Positions 10,364 to 20,842 of a stretch of 64,000 nucleotides of DNA are shown here, in pieces (within the stretch, counting starts at the first letter, position 1; every line of letters begins with the position of its first letter). The translations under genes and the position numbers were made by a program. This stretch comes from Candidatus Obscuribacterales bacterium (GTDB lineage: Bacteria; Cyanobacteriota; Vampirovibrionia; Obscuribacterales; Obscuribacteraceae), in contig CBDDIJ010000005.1 in NCBI GenBank assembly GCA_965228855.1, positions 928,001 through 992,000 on the forward strand, written 5' to 3'. A model generated the notes under the pieces. It saw only the letters and a list, made by a program, of their open reading frames with translations. It did not search any database and was not told where the DNA came from.

Positions 10364-11386
10364 TCAGTCAAGCTTTATGCTGCTGCGATGAAATCGTCCA
10401 ACGACGTTGGGGTCAGGATATAGTCTTATCTTCGTGCTCTTGCCAGGGTACTCGAACAAACTCAAAACATATCGAATACTTTCGAGACGCGCCATTTTTT
10501 TATCGTTGGCTCTCACAATGATCCATGGGCTGAAGGACGTATGCGTCTTACTGAACATGTCTTCTTTGTATTCGGTGTACTCGTCCCATAGTTCCTGTGC
10601 GGTATCATCGATAGGACTGAGCTTCCACTGTTTAAGCGGATTGGATCGCCGCGATTCGAATCTCTTTTCCTGCTCGTCTCTGGAGATAGAAAACCAGAAT
10701 TTGATGATTCGCATTCCGTCTTCGTTCAGCATGTGTTCGAACTCGGGAACTTGCTGCATAAATCGTTTGTATTCAGCGTTTGTGCAAAAACCATTTACCG
10801 GCTCGACAACTGCGCGGTTGTACCAGCTGCGATCGAAGAAAACAATTTCTCCTTTATTCGGCAATTGTTTCGCGTATCGCTGGAAATACCACTGTCCGCG
10901 TTCTTCGTCGGTTGGCTTAGGAAGCGCCACAACGCGCATTGCTCTTGGATTTAGGTGCTCAATGAATCGTCGAATAGTCCCGCCCTTGCCAGCGGCATCA
11001 CGCCCCTCCGTGAGAATGGCTATTCTCTCACCGGATTCCTGAACCCAGCGCTGAAGTTTAACTAGCTCAACCTGAAGTTGAACGAGTTCATTCTCATAGC
11101 GCAGAGTCGACATAACATCTTTCAGTTTGATGTTTTTCTGCCGAAGCAACTCAACCAATCCACGATTGTTATTGATCAGGAGCAAGTCTTCGTGGGTCAG
11201 CTTATCCTCTGAGCGTTGAATAGATTGCTTGATTTTAGGTTTTGGAGTCCTTCCATTCGATTCCGCAAGTGCAAGAGGGCTACTCTTCATCTCTGGTGCA
11301 TCGCCATTGGAATCAACAGGTTGAGCCACCTTCACCATTCGCTTTCGAGGAGTCTTAGCTTTCATAGAATCGTTCCGTTTTGCCAT
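10364..11386 (-). CDS. ppk2: polyphosphate kinase 2
   Basis: EGRDAAGKGG Walker A, FFDRSWYNRA, KQWKLSPID. Confidence 0.96.
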   Translation of the reverse strand: MAKRNDSMKAKTPRKRMVKVAQPVDSNGDAPEMKSSPLALAESNGRTPKPKIKQSIQRSEDKLTHEDLLLINNNRGLVELLRQKNIKLKDVMSTLRYENELVQLQVELVKLQRWVQESGERIAILTEGRDAAGKGGTIRRFIEHLNPRAMRVVALPKPTDEERGQWYFQRYAKQLPNKGEIVFFDRSWYNRAVVEPVNGFCTNAEYKRFMQQVPEFEHMLNEDGMRIIKFWFSISRDEQEKRFESRRSNPLKQWKLSPIDDTAQELWDEYTEYKEDMFSKTHTSFSPWIIVRANDKKMARLESIRYVLSLFEYPGKSTKIRLYPDPNVVGRFHRSSIKLD

Positions 11387-11566
11387 ATATTGAAATTACA
11401 ATATTCCACGCCTGGCAGATTTTGTTGCACTCTCGTCGCGTAGTTACGTAGATCGTCGTTTATTTACGCTTTGTAGCGACGTATAATGGCAATTGGCGCT
11501 GCCAGAAATCATTAATGAAACCGCTGATAATGATTCTGTGAGCAGGACAGCGTTACTGAGGCGAAA

Positions 11567-12238
11567 ATGGTCAAGATCTTATTGGCAGAGGATGACAGAG
11601 CTCTGGGTGAAACCATTGTCGATGTTCTGCAGCGTGAGAATCATTTTGTGGATTGGGAAACCGACGGCAGTTCCGCGTTAGAATTTCTAAAATCCTATCA
11701 GTACGAACTAATAATTCTCGATTGGGAAATGCCGAGCATGACAGGCATTGAAGTTTGCAATGCTTATCGGAATGAAGGCGGCAAATCTCCAGTTCTGTTT
11801 CTCACCCAACGCAGCTCGATCGCTGATAAAGTCACCGGATTTGGTGTCGGCGCCGATGACTATCTTCCAAAGCCTTTCGTAATGAAAGAATTGATACTGC
11901 GCGTCCAGGCACTTTTGCGCAGACCACAAAATCTCGTTAACACGGTGATTGCATCAGGCGACCTCAGTTTAAATTTGGAAACTCGCGAATTCACACGCAA
12001 CGGTAATCCAATTAAATTGTCGCCGATCGAATTCTCGCTCATGGAATTGTTTCTCAAAAATCCAGGCGTAGTTTTCAGTAATGATGCGCTTCTCGATCGT
12101 GTATGGCCGAGTTCCTCCGATCGCTCGCCGTACACTTTGAGAAACTATATGAGAAGACTACGACTGAAGATTTACGCTGAATCAGAAGACCCCAAGATTC
12201 GCACCGTCCATGGTGTCGGTTACAAATTCGACCAATAA
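11567..12238 (+). CDS. OmpR/PhoB-family response regulator
   Basis: AEDD, LDWEMP, KPF receiver motifs; winged helix ending IRTVHGVGYKF. Confidence 0.95.
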   Translation: MVKILLAEDDRALGETIVDVLQRENHFVDWETDGSSALEFLKSYQYELIILDWEMPSMTGIEVCNAYRNEGGKSPVLFLTQRSSIADKVTGFGVGADDYLPKPFVMKELILRVQALLRRPQNLVNTVIASGDLSLNLETREFTRNGNPIKLSPIEFSLMELFLKNPGVVFSNDALLDRVWPSSSDRSPYTLRNYMRRLRLKIYAESEDPKIRTVHGVGYKFDQ

Positions 12239-12246
12239 AAAGCTCA

Positions 12247-12272
12247 TCGGGGTCCTCTAATGAGAACCCCGA
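12247..12272. terminator. hairpin terminator between the convergent regulator and hypothetical gene
   Basis: tcggggt...accccga stem; A-run at 12237-12241 gives a U tail on the minus strand. Confidence 0.6.
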
Positions 12273-12295
12273 CAAACACACTCAGTCAGGTAAAT

Positions 12296-12802
12296 TTAAC
12301 GAGGATTTCGACGCCCTGCCGGACCTTGACGTTCGTGATCGATCAATTCGAGATCAGGCAACAAGGGTGACAGTTCCTTGCCGGATCTGGACTCATGCTC
12401 TTGCAATGTGTTTCTGATTGCTGTGTTTCCTCTTTCGCGACCGGCTTTGCCTTCACGTCCTTCGAGACCTTGCCCGTGAGGCGTTCCCCAGGCGGCATCT
12501 ACCGGCGGCTGTTTTTCCGCGGCACTCTCTTTCCCGCCCTCAGCCTTCGGCTCTTTGTTATTATCTTTTGGCGGGTCTAGCGGATTTTTACCCGGACCTT
12601 CGCATCCTTTCTGCAAGGGGTTTTCTCCACAATCAAGGAAATTAGGTGCGCGCGACTCGCCCTTGCCACCAGGGGTTGGAAATTGTTTTGCCCACAGTTC
12701 CTGGACCTCGAGTGTCAGGTTCTCGATAGCAGGCGTCGTGTTATAGGCGTTGTCAGGTCTGGCTGTTTGGCTCTCGAAGGCATCGAATCTATTATTTGTC
12801 AT
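12296..12802 (-). CDS. hydrophilic, disordered hypothetical protein
   Basis: 168 aa, AAGGA RBS, upstream conserved promoter box. Confidence 0.75.
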   Translation of the reverse strand: MTNNRFDAFESQTARPDNAYNTTPAIENLTLEVQELWAKQFPTPGGKGESRAPNFLDCGENPLQKGCEGPGKNPLDPPKDNNKEPKAEGGKESAAEKQPPVDAAWGTPHGQGLEGREGKAGRERGNTAIRNTLQEHESRSGKELSPLLPDLELIDHERQGPAGRRNPR

Positions 12803-12882
12803 TTGCGAAATTCCTTAGTGAGGGGATGGTAAATGCGGTCAATTGCGAGTGTGGTGCGGTGCGTCAATTGCCGAACGTTTTC

Positions 12883-12914
12883 ATCTTAGGCGTCACTTAT
12901 AACAAATTTGCACC
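12883..12914 (-). promoter_or_regulatory. conserved box + -10 promoter (copy A)
   Basis: Minus strand GGTGCAAATTTGTTATAA-gtgacgcc-TAAGAT; same layout as copies at 26549, 26741 and 27574. Confidence 0.7.
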
Positions 12915-12968
12915 ACCCAGATTCTTGCCCCGAAGTGGCATAATAATCTAGCTCCTGGGGGTTTTCCG

Positions 12969-15140
12969 GTGCCAAATCGATCTTCGATGGCTCAAAAAGG
13001 ATTTCTGGCCGTTCTCATACTTGTAGTATCGGAACTCTGCTTCGTATCGGTCCTCACCTTCGAATTACACTCGCTGCAAGACCAGCTTGAGAAGGAGCGC
13101 CACGCGCGTCAGATAGTAGAACATCTCAATCGATTTACGAGCGCCGCCCAGAAAACCGTTGCAGAGATTTTGAAAGCACTGCCTGTGGCGCAGCAGGTGC
13201 GTGAGGACCTTGGACTGGGGATGTTCAAAGATCAGCTTGCCCTTATGAGGCAGGAGATGCGTGTCCTGAACACACTGCTAAAAGACGATGCCAATTCGCT
13301 GCGATTATTGAGACAACTTGAGGTGGCTACGGCAGAGGAAGAGAGCTCATTCGAATTCCTGCTCAGCGTACCGCACGGGAGCATTGACCAAGCGATGCTC
13401 GCGCCCATGAACTCGTCAGGTGAAAAGCTCACGAGTGTTTGCGACAAGCTGCTACAAAAGTATCAGCGAAGAGACGACGTCACCTCAGTTACCGAGCAAT
13501 CGCTGCAACGGGTCAAGATCACGCTTGCGGTGGGGATTTTGATCGGGCTCGTGGCGAACTTGCTGGCAATTATGTTTTTCATGAGAAAGGTAGCAAGAAG
13601 AGTTTCTCTCATTGCAGACAATATGTCGCGTTTTGCACGCAAGGAAGAACTGCTGCCAGTGCAGCAAGACAACGACGAAATTGGAGATATCGATAAAGCC
13701 TTTCATCGACTTGCAGAGGCGCTCGCAACCGCAGCCGAGCAGGAGCGAATGTTGATAGAGAATGCTACCGATGTTGTTTGTTCAATTGATACGAGAGGAG
13801 TTTTCTTGACCGTAAGCCAGGCTGCCAGCCTGCAATGGGGATATTCGCCGGAAAGATTGATTGGTGAGAACATTGAGGTTTTGCTTCCAGAGGGCTTGAG
13901 TGATCAATTTGAAAAACTGAATGCGCGTATCGCTGAAGAGTCTGACTTGAGTTTTGAAGCGCGGTTAACGAGAAAAGATAATGTCGTTATAGATACTCTG
14001 TGGTCAGCGCACTGGTCCCCGTCGGATGGCTCGCTTTTTTGTTGCGTTCGGGACATAACTGAGACGAAACAGATGGACAATATTGTCGCAGCGCGCGAGA
14101 CGCAGTTGCGCACCGCGATTGAGAATATGCCGGTGGGTATCGTCACTGTAGATACGGAAGGGATGATCAAATCCGCCAACAAAATTGGACAAGCGCTTCT
14201 GAGTTTAGAGACTTCATCGCGCAGTCGAACAGTGGCAGACTTTCTAACGCCACTGGACCAGACTACGAAAGTCGAAAACGATTCGCTCCTTCACATAGAG
14301 AGTTCCAGCCCACTACGGTATGCCATTACCGATGGTAGCGAGGGCAAAAAAATATTTGTCGATATAACCTCGGTTCGCTCGCTATATAGATCGGATGAGA
14401 CGTTCATTCTGCTCGATGACGTGACTGAGCGCCATGTACTGGAAATAATGAAAACGAATCTGGTGACCCTGCTTGGCACTACGTTACACAAGCCACTCAT
14501 TGAGGTTCAAACCATCGTTAATGGTCTGATTGACAGGCAAGCATTCGACGAGTCTAGAAGAGCGCGTTTGAAACGCATTGCTAGCAACACTGTTCGTCTG
14601 CTTGGTCTAATCGAACAAATGCTCAATATAGAAAGCCTAGGTGTCGGAAAGCTGATGGGTGCGATGAGTCCCTGTCAGCTTGAAGACGTTGTTTCAGACT
14701 CGGTCGAGTCCACTAGAGATTACTCCGAACAGCAGCGAATCCAACTTGTATGGGATAAGAACGACTGTCATGCCACCGTGCTTGGTGACGCTCAGCGGCT
14801 AGTGCAAGTAGTAATAAATCTAATCAGTAACGCAATTAAGTATTCACCGGCAGATACGACGGTATCGATAACGGTGGTTGATAATTTTCCTGATCTGGAA
14901 ATTAGAATCTCCGATCAGGGAAGGGGCGTGCCAGAAGAGATGCGCGAAGCAATTTTCCAACCTTTCCTACAAACACAATCAAGCGACGGCAGGCGTGGGG
15001 CTGGAACTGGTCTCGGGCTCTCAATTTGCAAGCAGATCGTCGAAGGACACGGCGGCAGAATCGGCGTCGATGGAAAACCGGAAGGAGGGAGCGTCTTCTG
15101 GATTAAGCTACCGAGGCTCAACGGTGGAGTCTCGACATGA
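12969..15140 (+). CDS. membrane HAMP/PAS sensor histidine kinase with intact HATPase but degenerate H-box
   Basis: 2 TM, HAMP, 2 PAS; NLISNAIKYS, DQGRG, GAGTGLGL intact; H-box position reads LLGTTLHKPL instead of xSHDLRxPL. Confidence 0.9.
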   Translation: MPNRSSMAQKGFLAVLILVVSELCFVSVLTFELHSLQDQLEKERHARQIVEHLNRFTSAAQKTVAEILKALPVAQQVREDLGLGMFKDQLALMRQEMRVLNTLLKDDANSLRLLRQLEVATAEEESSFEFLLSVPHGSIDQAMLAPMNSSGEKLTSVCDKLLQKYQRRDDVTSVTEQSLQRVKITLAVGILIGLVANLLAIMFFMRKVARRVSLIADNMSRFARKEELLPVQQDNDEIGDIDKAFHRLAEALATAAEQERMLIENATDVVCSIDTRGVFLTVSQAASLQWGYSPERLIGENIEVLLPEGLSDQFEKLNARIAEESDLSFEARLTRKDNVVIDTLWSAHWSPSDGSLFCCVRDITETKQMDNIVAARETQLRTAIENMPVGIVTVDTEGMIKSANKIGQALLSLETSSRSRTVADFLTPLDQTTKVENDSLLHIESSSPLRYAITDGSEGKKIFVDITSVRSLYRSDETFILLDDVTERHVLEIMKTNLVTLLGTTLHKPLIEVQTIVNGLIDRQAFDESRRARLKRIASNTVRLLGLIEQMLNIESLGVGKLMGAMSPCQLEDVVSDSVESTRDYSEQQRIQLVWDKNDCHATVLGDAQRLVQVVINLISNAIKYSPADTTVSITVVDNFPDLEIRISDQGRGVPEEMREAIFQPFLQTQSSDGRRGAGTGLGLSICKQIVEGHGGRIGVDGKPEGGSVFWIKLPRLNGGVST

Positions 15141-17416
15141 CATCGAATGCGATACCACCTAAATCTAGCTTGATCAGAAGAGCACTGCTTCTGTTCGTTG
15201 GCATGATTACATTGCAAATCATATATGTCGCAACCGTTTTTACAATGGTCGAGCAGACCAGCTTGCAAGTGGCGGAGCAGCAGCAGGCGAGACGAGCGCT
15301 CAGCAGCATTGGACGCTTAATGCGAAGCGTGCAGGATTTGATCATCTGCATGGGCAGGGGAGAGATACTTGGCGCCGAGGGGAGCGAAGTTCAGTACCTT
15401 GGACTTCTCGAATCCTTAAATAGAGAGCTTCGCTCGTTAAAAACCACCCTCGCAAACAAATCTCAATATGCCCACACAATCGCCGAGATCGAAACGACGT
15501 GTCAAGCAATTCCCGAAATCTACGAGGAACTGCACGGAAAGAAAAATGGACACGGACACGAGCGAGGGCGAAAAAAACGGCGCAGGAAAAGGCTCCGAGA
15601 ATCACTCAGATTTCACATGGAAGACAAGGTCATGATTATGGGCAAGTCTGACATAGAGTGGTTACGCGTTTATATGTCGGCGAGCGAGGTACTTGCTCGA
15701 TTGGAAGCAATTCAGGCAGACTACAGACAAGTCGAGAAAGAAGCGCAGGAGCATCTGAAGTTTCAATCGAGCTTGCTGTTCAATGCCGCTTTGTTTATGG
15801 GTTTCGCTGCAACAGTATTGGTCGCGTTTCTTCTCTACCACATCTTTATCTCTGGAATCGTTGCGCGACTTCGCATGATTACCAATTCTCTGGATGACAT
15901 TGCCGACGGAAAGACTTTGCAAGACAGGTCATCTGTTGAAGCAGACAGCGCTTCTGATGAGGTCGGACACCTGGCGTTTGAACTGCAGTCGATGGAACGA
16001 GCTCTGCGCAACATCCGAAGTAAGGAAAAGACATTGCTCGAGAATGCCGCAAGTTGTATTTGTTCGATCGACGAACATGGCAAATTTGTGAAGGTCAGCC
16101 AGGCGAGTACGATTCTATGGGGTGTTGCTCCGGATGAATTGCTCGGCTCAGCGTTGATTGATTTGGTAGAAAAGGATGATGTTGATTATGTGGATGAGAA
16201 ACTGAATGAACTCTTTCGCACCCGGCGGCCGGTGACGTTCGAATGTCGAGTACGGCAGTCCGAAGGCGCGGGCGTTGAGTTCGCATGGACTGCCAGTCTT
16301 GCAACAGATCAGAATCTCGCTGTCTGTGTCGCACACGATGTCACTAACCGCAACGAAATACTTCGCCAGATCAAGCAAAGGGAAACTGAATTCCGAGCCA
16401 TGGTTGATTGCATGCCAATTGCGCTTATCACCTGCGATCAACTGAATGCGATTTCTTCAATCAATCCAGCCACGCAGAGGATGCTTAAATACAGCCCTCA
16501 GGATTTACTAGGGAAGAAGCTGAGTACACTTCTGTTCGGTGGCACCAAATCCGGTGTGGCTACAAATGAGCAGATGAACGAGGTGCTAGCGACGGCAGAG
16601 AAGCACACGATCGAATTGCTGGTTTCCAAAGCAGATGGAAGCCGGCTGCCCGTTGAGTTCTCCTCTAGCCAGTACGAACTGCACGATTCGCGCGTGCGCC
16701 TGGCGACTTTCAAAGACGTCTCTGCCAGATTCGAAATCGAGACGGGCAAGAAGGAACTCGTAGCCATGATCAGTCACGACTTGCGATCGCCATTGACCGC
16801 AATTCACTGCACGCTAGAGCTACTCGGGTGCGATAGGAAGAGAACTTCCGACGAGGACCTGAAGAACGCTGAGGATGTTTCACGAGCTGAAAAGATTGTC
16901 TTCTCAATAGTGAATGTTTTGAACGATTTTCTGGACCTTGAAAAATTTCAGGCCGGACTGGTTGCGCTGGAGCTGGATGAACTAGCGATATCTGAGTTGA
17001 TGAGTGAGCTACAAGAGGAACTCGGTTCCAGGGATAAACCGGTGCATTTCTCATTCGACCAAGATGCTGAGGTTTTAGAAACTCGTGTGAAAGTTGATTT
17101 TTCACGGGTGTTATTCGCGCTGTCGACAATCATTCCTGTCATCGACTGCTTTAGCGAAAAAACTCTCGAACTCGAAATTGCGCGGTCTGGCGATCAAATT
17201 CATATGGTGATCAAAAATGGCAACATCCCAGAACACATCGAGAACGCGTTCCAGTCGCCTTACGTGTTTCTTTCGGACGCGGAGCTGAATGGCGTTGTCT
17301 CAAGCGGTCTTAGTCTGAGTCTGTCTCGTGCGATCATCGGAGCCCACACAGGTTTGATGCGCATCGACCGAAAGAATCGGGATTGTCGGCTCGAAGTTTC
17401 TCTACCGATAGCTTGA
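15137..17416 (+). CDS. membrane HAMP/PAS histidine kinase-like protein with intact H-box but degenerate HATPase
   Basis: ISHDLRSPL intact; N-box, DxGxG and GxGLGL eroded (STIIPVID, KNGNIP, SSGLSL); ATGA overlap with the upstream kinase. Confidence 0.88.
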   Translation: MTSNAIPPKSSLIRRALLLFVGMITLQIIYVATVFTMVEQTSLQVAEQQQARRALSSIGRLMRSVQDLIICMGRGEILGAEGSEVQYLGLLESLNRELRSLKTTLANKSQYAHTIAEIETTCQAIPEIYEELHGKKNGHGHERGRKKRRRKRLRESLRFHMEDKVMIMGKSDIEWLRVYMSASEVLARLEAIQADYRQVEKEAQEHLKFQSSLLFNAALFMGFAATVLVAFLLYHIFISGIVARLRMITNSLDDIADGKTLQDRSSVEADSASDEVGHLAFELQSMERALRNIRSKEKTLLENAASCICSIDEHGKFVKVSQASTILWGVAPDELLGSALIDLVEKDDVDYVDEKLNELFRTRRPVTFECRVRQSEGAGVEFAWTASLATDQNLAVCVAHDVTNRNEILRQIKQRETEFRAMVDCMPIALITCDQLNAISSINPATQRMLKYSPQDLLGKKLSTLLFGGTKSGVATNEQMNEVLATAEKHTIELLVSKADGSRLPVEFSSSQYELHDSRVRLATFKDVSARFEIETGKKELVAMISHDLRSPLTAIHCTLELLGCDRKRTSDEDLKNAEDVSRAEKIVFSIVNVLNDFLDLEKFQAGLVALELDELAISELMSELQEELGSRDKPVHFSFDQDAEVLETRVKVDFSRVLFALSTIIPVIDCFSEKTLELEIARSGDQIHMVIKNGNIPEHIENAFQSPYVFLSDAELNGVVSSGLSLSLSRAIIGAHTGLMRIDRKNRDCRLEVSLPIA

Positions 17417-17584
17417 CCACCGCATTCAAAGTGCCTACAGGCGACCGCGCAGTGCGCTCTATTCGGTTTTGATAGCATATTTTTTTGTTCGTAATGTAGC
17501 GCAGGGATATCCATTACGTTCCAATGGGTCCTACAGGGCTACGAGCTTGCCGCATTGAATCTCTAATGCTGACGACCTGGGATA

Positions 17585-18901
17585 TTAATCGCGCGAGGTT
17601 TGAGGGATAAGTACTTCGTCCTCTTTGAGCCTCCAGCATTTCTTCCAGAGTTCAACATGCGTTGGAAAATCTTTTCTAAACCGTAGATCAAAATCACCGA
17701 AGACCGGGTCGTTGTTGTTGCTATAAACAGATAGCAGGAAGTTGATCATTCGTCGATGACCGACTGCAGTACCGATCTCGAATAGTGCTACAGGCGCCTG
17801 GTAGTAGGCTTTATGGAAATCGGCACCACTACGAAGCGGCGAGCGAGGAATCGGTCCTTCGGGTCCTTTCTCAGCCATCTTTCGGAAGAACTCCAGTAAG
17901 ACCTTCCCTCTCTCAGTTTGGGCGCCCGTTGCTGTTGCCACAAATGCAATATATTGCGGAATTCCTTCTACCATCCAGCCATCCTGTCCTTTAAGGTGCG
18001 CACCAAACCAGAAGTGAGATATCTCATGCGCTATAACCGCCCGGCATATCGCTTCTGAAGGATCGGCAGACAGATGAAGCGGTTCCAAACCAGATAAGGA
18101 AAGCTTGCCTCCGAAAGCAGTTCGCGAAAACAAGATCAGATTCCCACTCGGATTGCCGTTGACCGAAGATGTCCCTCCTCTGCGAATCACGCCCACTTTG
18201 ACCCGTCGGTGAGGCAGCTTACCAAATAGCTTCTGCTGCCAGGTCAGCTGGTCAGTAAACCAGGAGAGGTACTGTGGATCTGCCTGAAATCCTTCTGGAA
18301 AGATAAATTCAACTTCTAAGTTTCCACAACGCTTTACGACAGGCTCGGCAAAATGTGCCACCTGAAATTCCAACCCGTTAAACTGGATAACGTCTGTATC
18401 GGAAGTAAGTGCCGAATATCCAGCGGGCAGTTCAAAGCTTGCTTGATAAAGGGCACCGTCGGATTCAACCTCAGGATTAACCAAGGCTTTATTCAGGCAA
18501 TAAATTTCATCGTCTGATGCGGCGCACTTCTCACTGCTAATAGAGGTCTCTCCGACGAAGTCAACTTCTTCACCTCCTGGATCGACATCTATGGTGGAGC
18601 CGTTTTTAACATCAATCACTGAGAGTTTTTTCGAAAAGGTATAGTTTTGCTGTGGGGTGATAACGAATTTCAGCGAGCGATGCCCCTTCCACTTTACCGA
18701 TCCGATTGTCTGGAACTTTGTTTTGTCCATTGCCACTGGTTGGATCTTTAGTTGAAAAATCGGGACATCAGGAGTTTCGGCAGAGGCTGTCGACGTATTA
18801 GCTATTAATGCGGACATTAACGTACCCAATCTCACCAGGGCGCTTGTTCTCATCCACATTTCTCCAGAGTGGTTGTTATGAAACGTGGCGGGAAAAGCCA
18901 C
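17585..18901 (-). CDS. secreted M1-like (gluzincin) zinc metallopeptidase
   Basis: VIAHEISHFWFG...WMVEGIPQY (HExxH + E) and KAYYQAP; signal peptide; true start probably MWMRTS. Confidence 0.8.
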   Translation of the reverse strand: MAFPATFHNNHSGEMWMRTSALVRLGTLMSALIANTSTASAETPDVPIFQLKIQPVAMDKTKFQTIGSVKWKGHRSLKFVITPQQNYTFSKKLSVIDVKNGSTIDVDPGGEEVDFVGETSISSEKCAASDDEIYCLNKALVNPEVESDGALYQASFELPAGYSALTSDTDVIQFNGLEFQVAHFAEPVVKRCGNLEVEFIFPEGFQADPQYLSWFTDQLTWQQKLFGKLPHRRVKVGVIRRGGTSSVNGNPSGNLILFSRTAFGGKLSLSGLEPLHLSADPSEAICRAVIAHEISHFWFGAHLKGQDGWMVEGIPQYIAFVATATGAQTERGKVLLEFFRKMAEKGPEGPIPRSPLRSGADFHKAYYQAPVALFEIGTAVGHRRMINFLLSVYSNNNDPVFGDFDLRFRKDFPTHVELWKKCWRLKEDEVLIPQTSRD

Positions 18902-19135
18902 GTTCTACAATAGGTGCCTTTGTTCCTGCCATAGCGGTTGCAGGTTCGCATGGAAGCATCTCGAATGTCAAGCAAGGACGAGTTTGATTTGCTGGACGAA
19001 GTCTAATCGGAAAACAGTGCTCGGGACGAATGAAGCTAATTTGAAGTTTTAGTAGTATCATATATGGTGCTACCGGCTTATTCCAATGTCGCGCTGCTGG
19101 TGCAGACAGCTGACACTTGGAGTGAACTCAAGCCT

Positions 19136-20842
19136 TCACTTCCTTCGAATGTCGAAGGTGTTTATCTCAGCAAAGTGTTTCTGAAACTCCTCAAAACTGA
19201 TTTTAAACTTTCCGTCGAGCTTCCCATCACGAGCGTCGCCGCCAAGTTTCAGGGGCTCAATTTCTCCGCCGAAATCGCCCTTGTGCGGATTCGACAATTC
19301 CACTTCGCCTGTCTTTTGATCGAATCCGCTTACCTGATAAACGTGCTTATGCATTAACCCGGTGCCTTGCGGAAGCTCCTGATGCGTCCCCGCGGTGACG
19401 CCCTTGTTAGCGTCGTTCACCAGATTGAGCTCAGCTCGAACTTTCTCCTCGACATCTTGAGGTGAGGTACGAATTGACTTGTTGCCAGTCATAGAACTGA
19501 TAGCCTTATGTTCGTTACCGCCCGTGCGAATCTGTTCTTGGACCGCCTGAGTACTGTTGTCATCCATCAGTGTTTTAAGGTGCTGGCTAAACGCTTTCTC
19601 TACAATCGCAGCGGTTTCGCCGCCTCCGAAGCGGGCACGCTCCGCATCAGTTGGTTTTGAAATAACAGTATCAACGTTTCCATAGCGACCTTCGTTGTCG
19701 GGCAGCTTAACTTGGAGCTTTCCGTCACCGAGATCCTTTATCTTGTCGTCGAAAAACGTTGGTTCCTTCTCTAAGATTGCAGCAACTGGAGCAAGAACAA
19801 AACAACTGCCGGTCTGTCCCTGCGACACGGGCAAATCGCTGGCCAGGTGCTTGGTATGGCTCTCCAGTGATTTTTGCAGAGAAACCGCATTGCTGCCTTG
19901 CCGATCTTTCAACTCTTTAGAATCGAATTTCCCGAGGTTGTCGCGAACGGCTTTGAGTCCGTCGCGGGTTATGCCAACATTCGGATCGGTCTCTCCCAGC
20001 TTACCCTTACCCGACTGGGCCGCTCCCCCGGTTTGCAATCCCTTTCCGCCAAGCTCATCCGCCACGTTCTTCCAGTTATCTGCAGCACCATATGCGGTGG
20101 CTAAATAAACCCCGCCTTCGCCGTTTGCTAATGCTGAATTCTCCATTTGCTGACCAAGCTCTTCACGAGTGACCGTACCATTTTGGTCCGCATCGATTTT
20201 CTCGAAATTGGAATCCAGCCAGCCTGTCATTTTTTCCATCGATGTCGCGAATTTTGTGTTGTGCGACGCGTCCGGTTTATAGTCCGGCAAATCCGCAAAT
20301 TTTTCCTTCGCAGCATCATCGGCTTTTGATTTGTCTGACGAAACCGACTTCGCTGCGCCAGACGAGTCACCAGCGACAATCTTCTTCGGGAAGGGAGCTT
20401 TCAGGACATCAAAGTCTGGTTCATCGCCACCACCGGAAGCTTCTTTCTTCGGCGGAAATTGCGATTTTTTGAGAATGGCGAAATCTTCGCCCTCATCTAA
20501 TTCTTCAGCGGTCCCCTCCTGCGAGGAAACCTTTTGCTCTGCCGGTTTTGAAGCTTTCGCAGGCGGAGCGCCGTCCTCCAGACCTGCAAGTGCTCGTGGC
20601 GCGTTGCCGACAATTTCACCGGTTTGCATATCGAGAAACTGCGCATCCTTTTCGGCAACGGTTTTATCATTGCCGCGAGCGACAGAACTTCCGCTGCCAA
20701 CGTCCGTCCCGCGCGTCGATGGCTGACCGTAGACCTCGCGAAGCAGATCATCAAATGGCGAACTCTGCGACGAATCGCGTCCGGAGAAATCGCCAGTATC
20801 TCGCTTTATCGGTTTTTGCTCTATTTCTGGCATCAGGCACAC
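19136..20842 (-). CDS. EF-hand + calpain-like (C2) cysteine protease domain protein
   Basis: DADQNGTVTREEL EF-hand; QGQTGSCFVLA (Cys), HKHVYQV (His), LSNPH (Asn); long acidic disordered N-terminus. Confidence 0.8.
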   Translation of the reverse strand: MCLMPEIEQKPIKRDTGDFSGRDSSQSSPFDDLLREVYGQPSTRGTDVGSGSSVARGNDKTVAEKDAQFLDMQTGEIVGNAPRALAGLEDGAPPAKASKPAEQKVSSQEGTAEELDEGEDFAILKKSQFPPKKEASGGGDEPDFDVLKAPFPKKIVAGDSSGAAKSVSSDKSKADDAAKEKFADLPDYKPDASHNTKFATSMEKMTGWLDSNFEKIDADQNGTVTREELGQQMENSALANGEGGVYLATAYGAADNWKNVADELGGKGLQTGGAAQSGKGKLGETDPNVGITRDGLKAVRDNLGKFDSKELKDRQGSNAVSLQKSLESHTKHLASDLPVSQGQTGSCFVLAPVAAILEKEPTFFDDKIKDLGDGKLQVKLPDNEGRYGNVDTVISKPTDAERARFGGGETAAIVEKAFSQHLKTLMDDNSTQAVQEQIRTGGNEHKAISSMTGNKSIRTSPQDVEEKVRAELNLVNDANKGVTAGTHQELPQGTGLMHKHVYQVSGFDQKTGEVELSNPHKGDFGGEIEPLKLGGDARDGKLDGKFKISFEEFQKHFAEINTFDIRRK

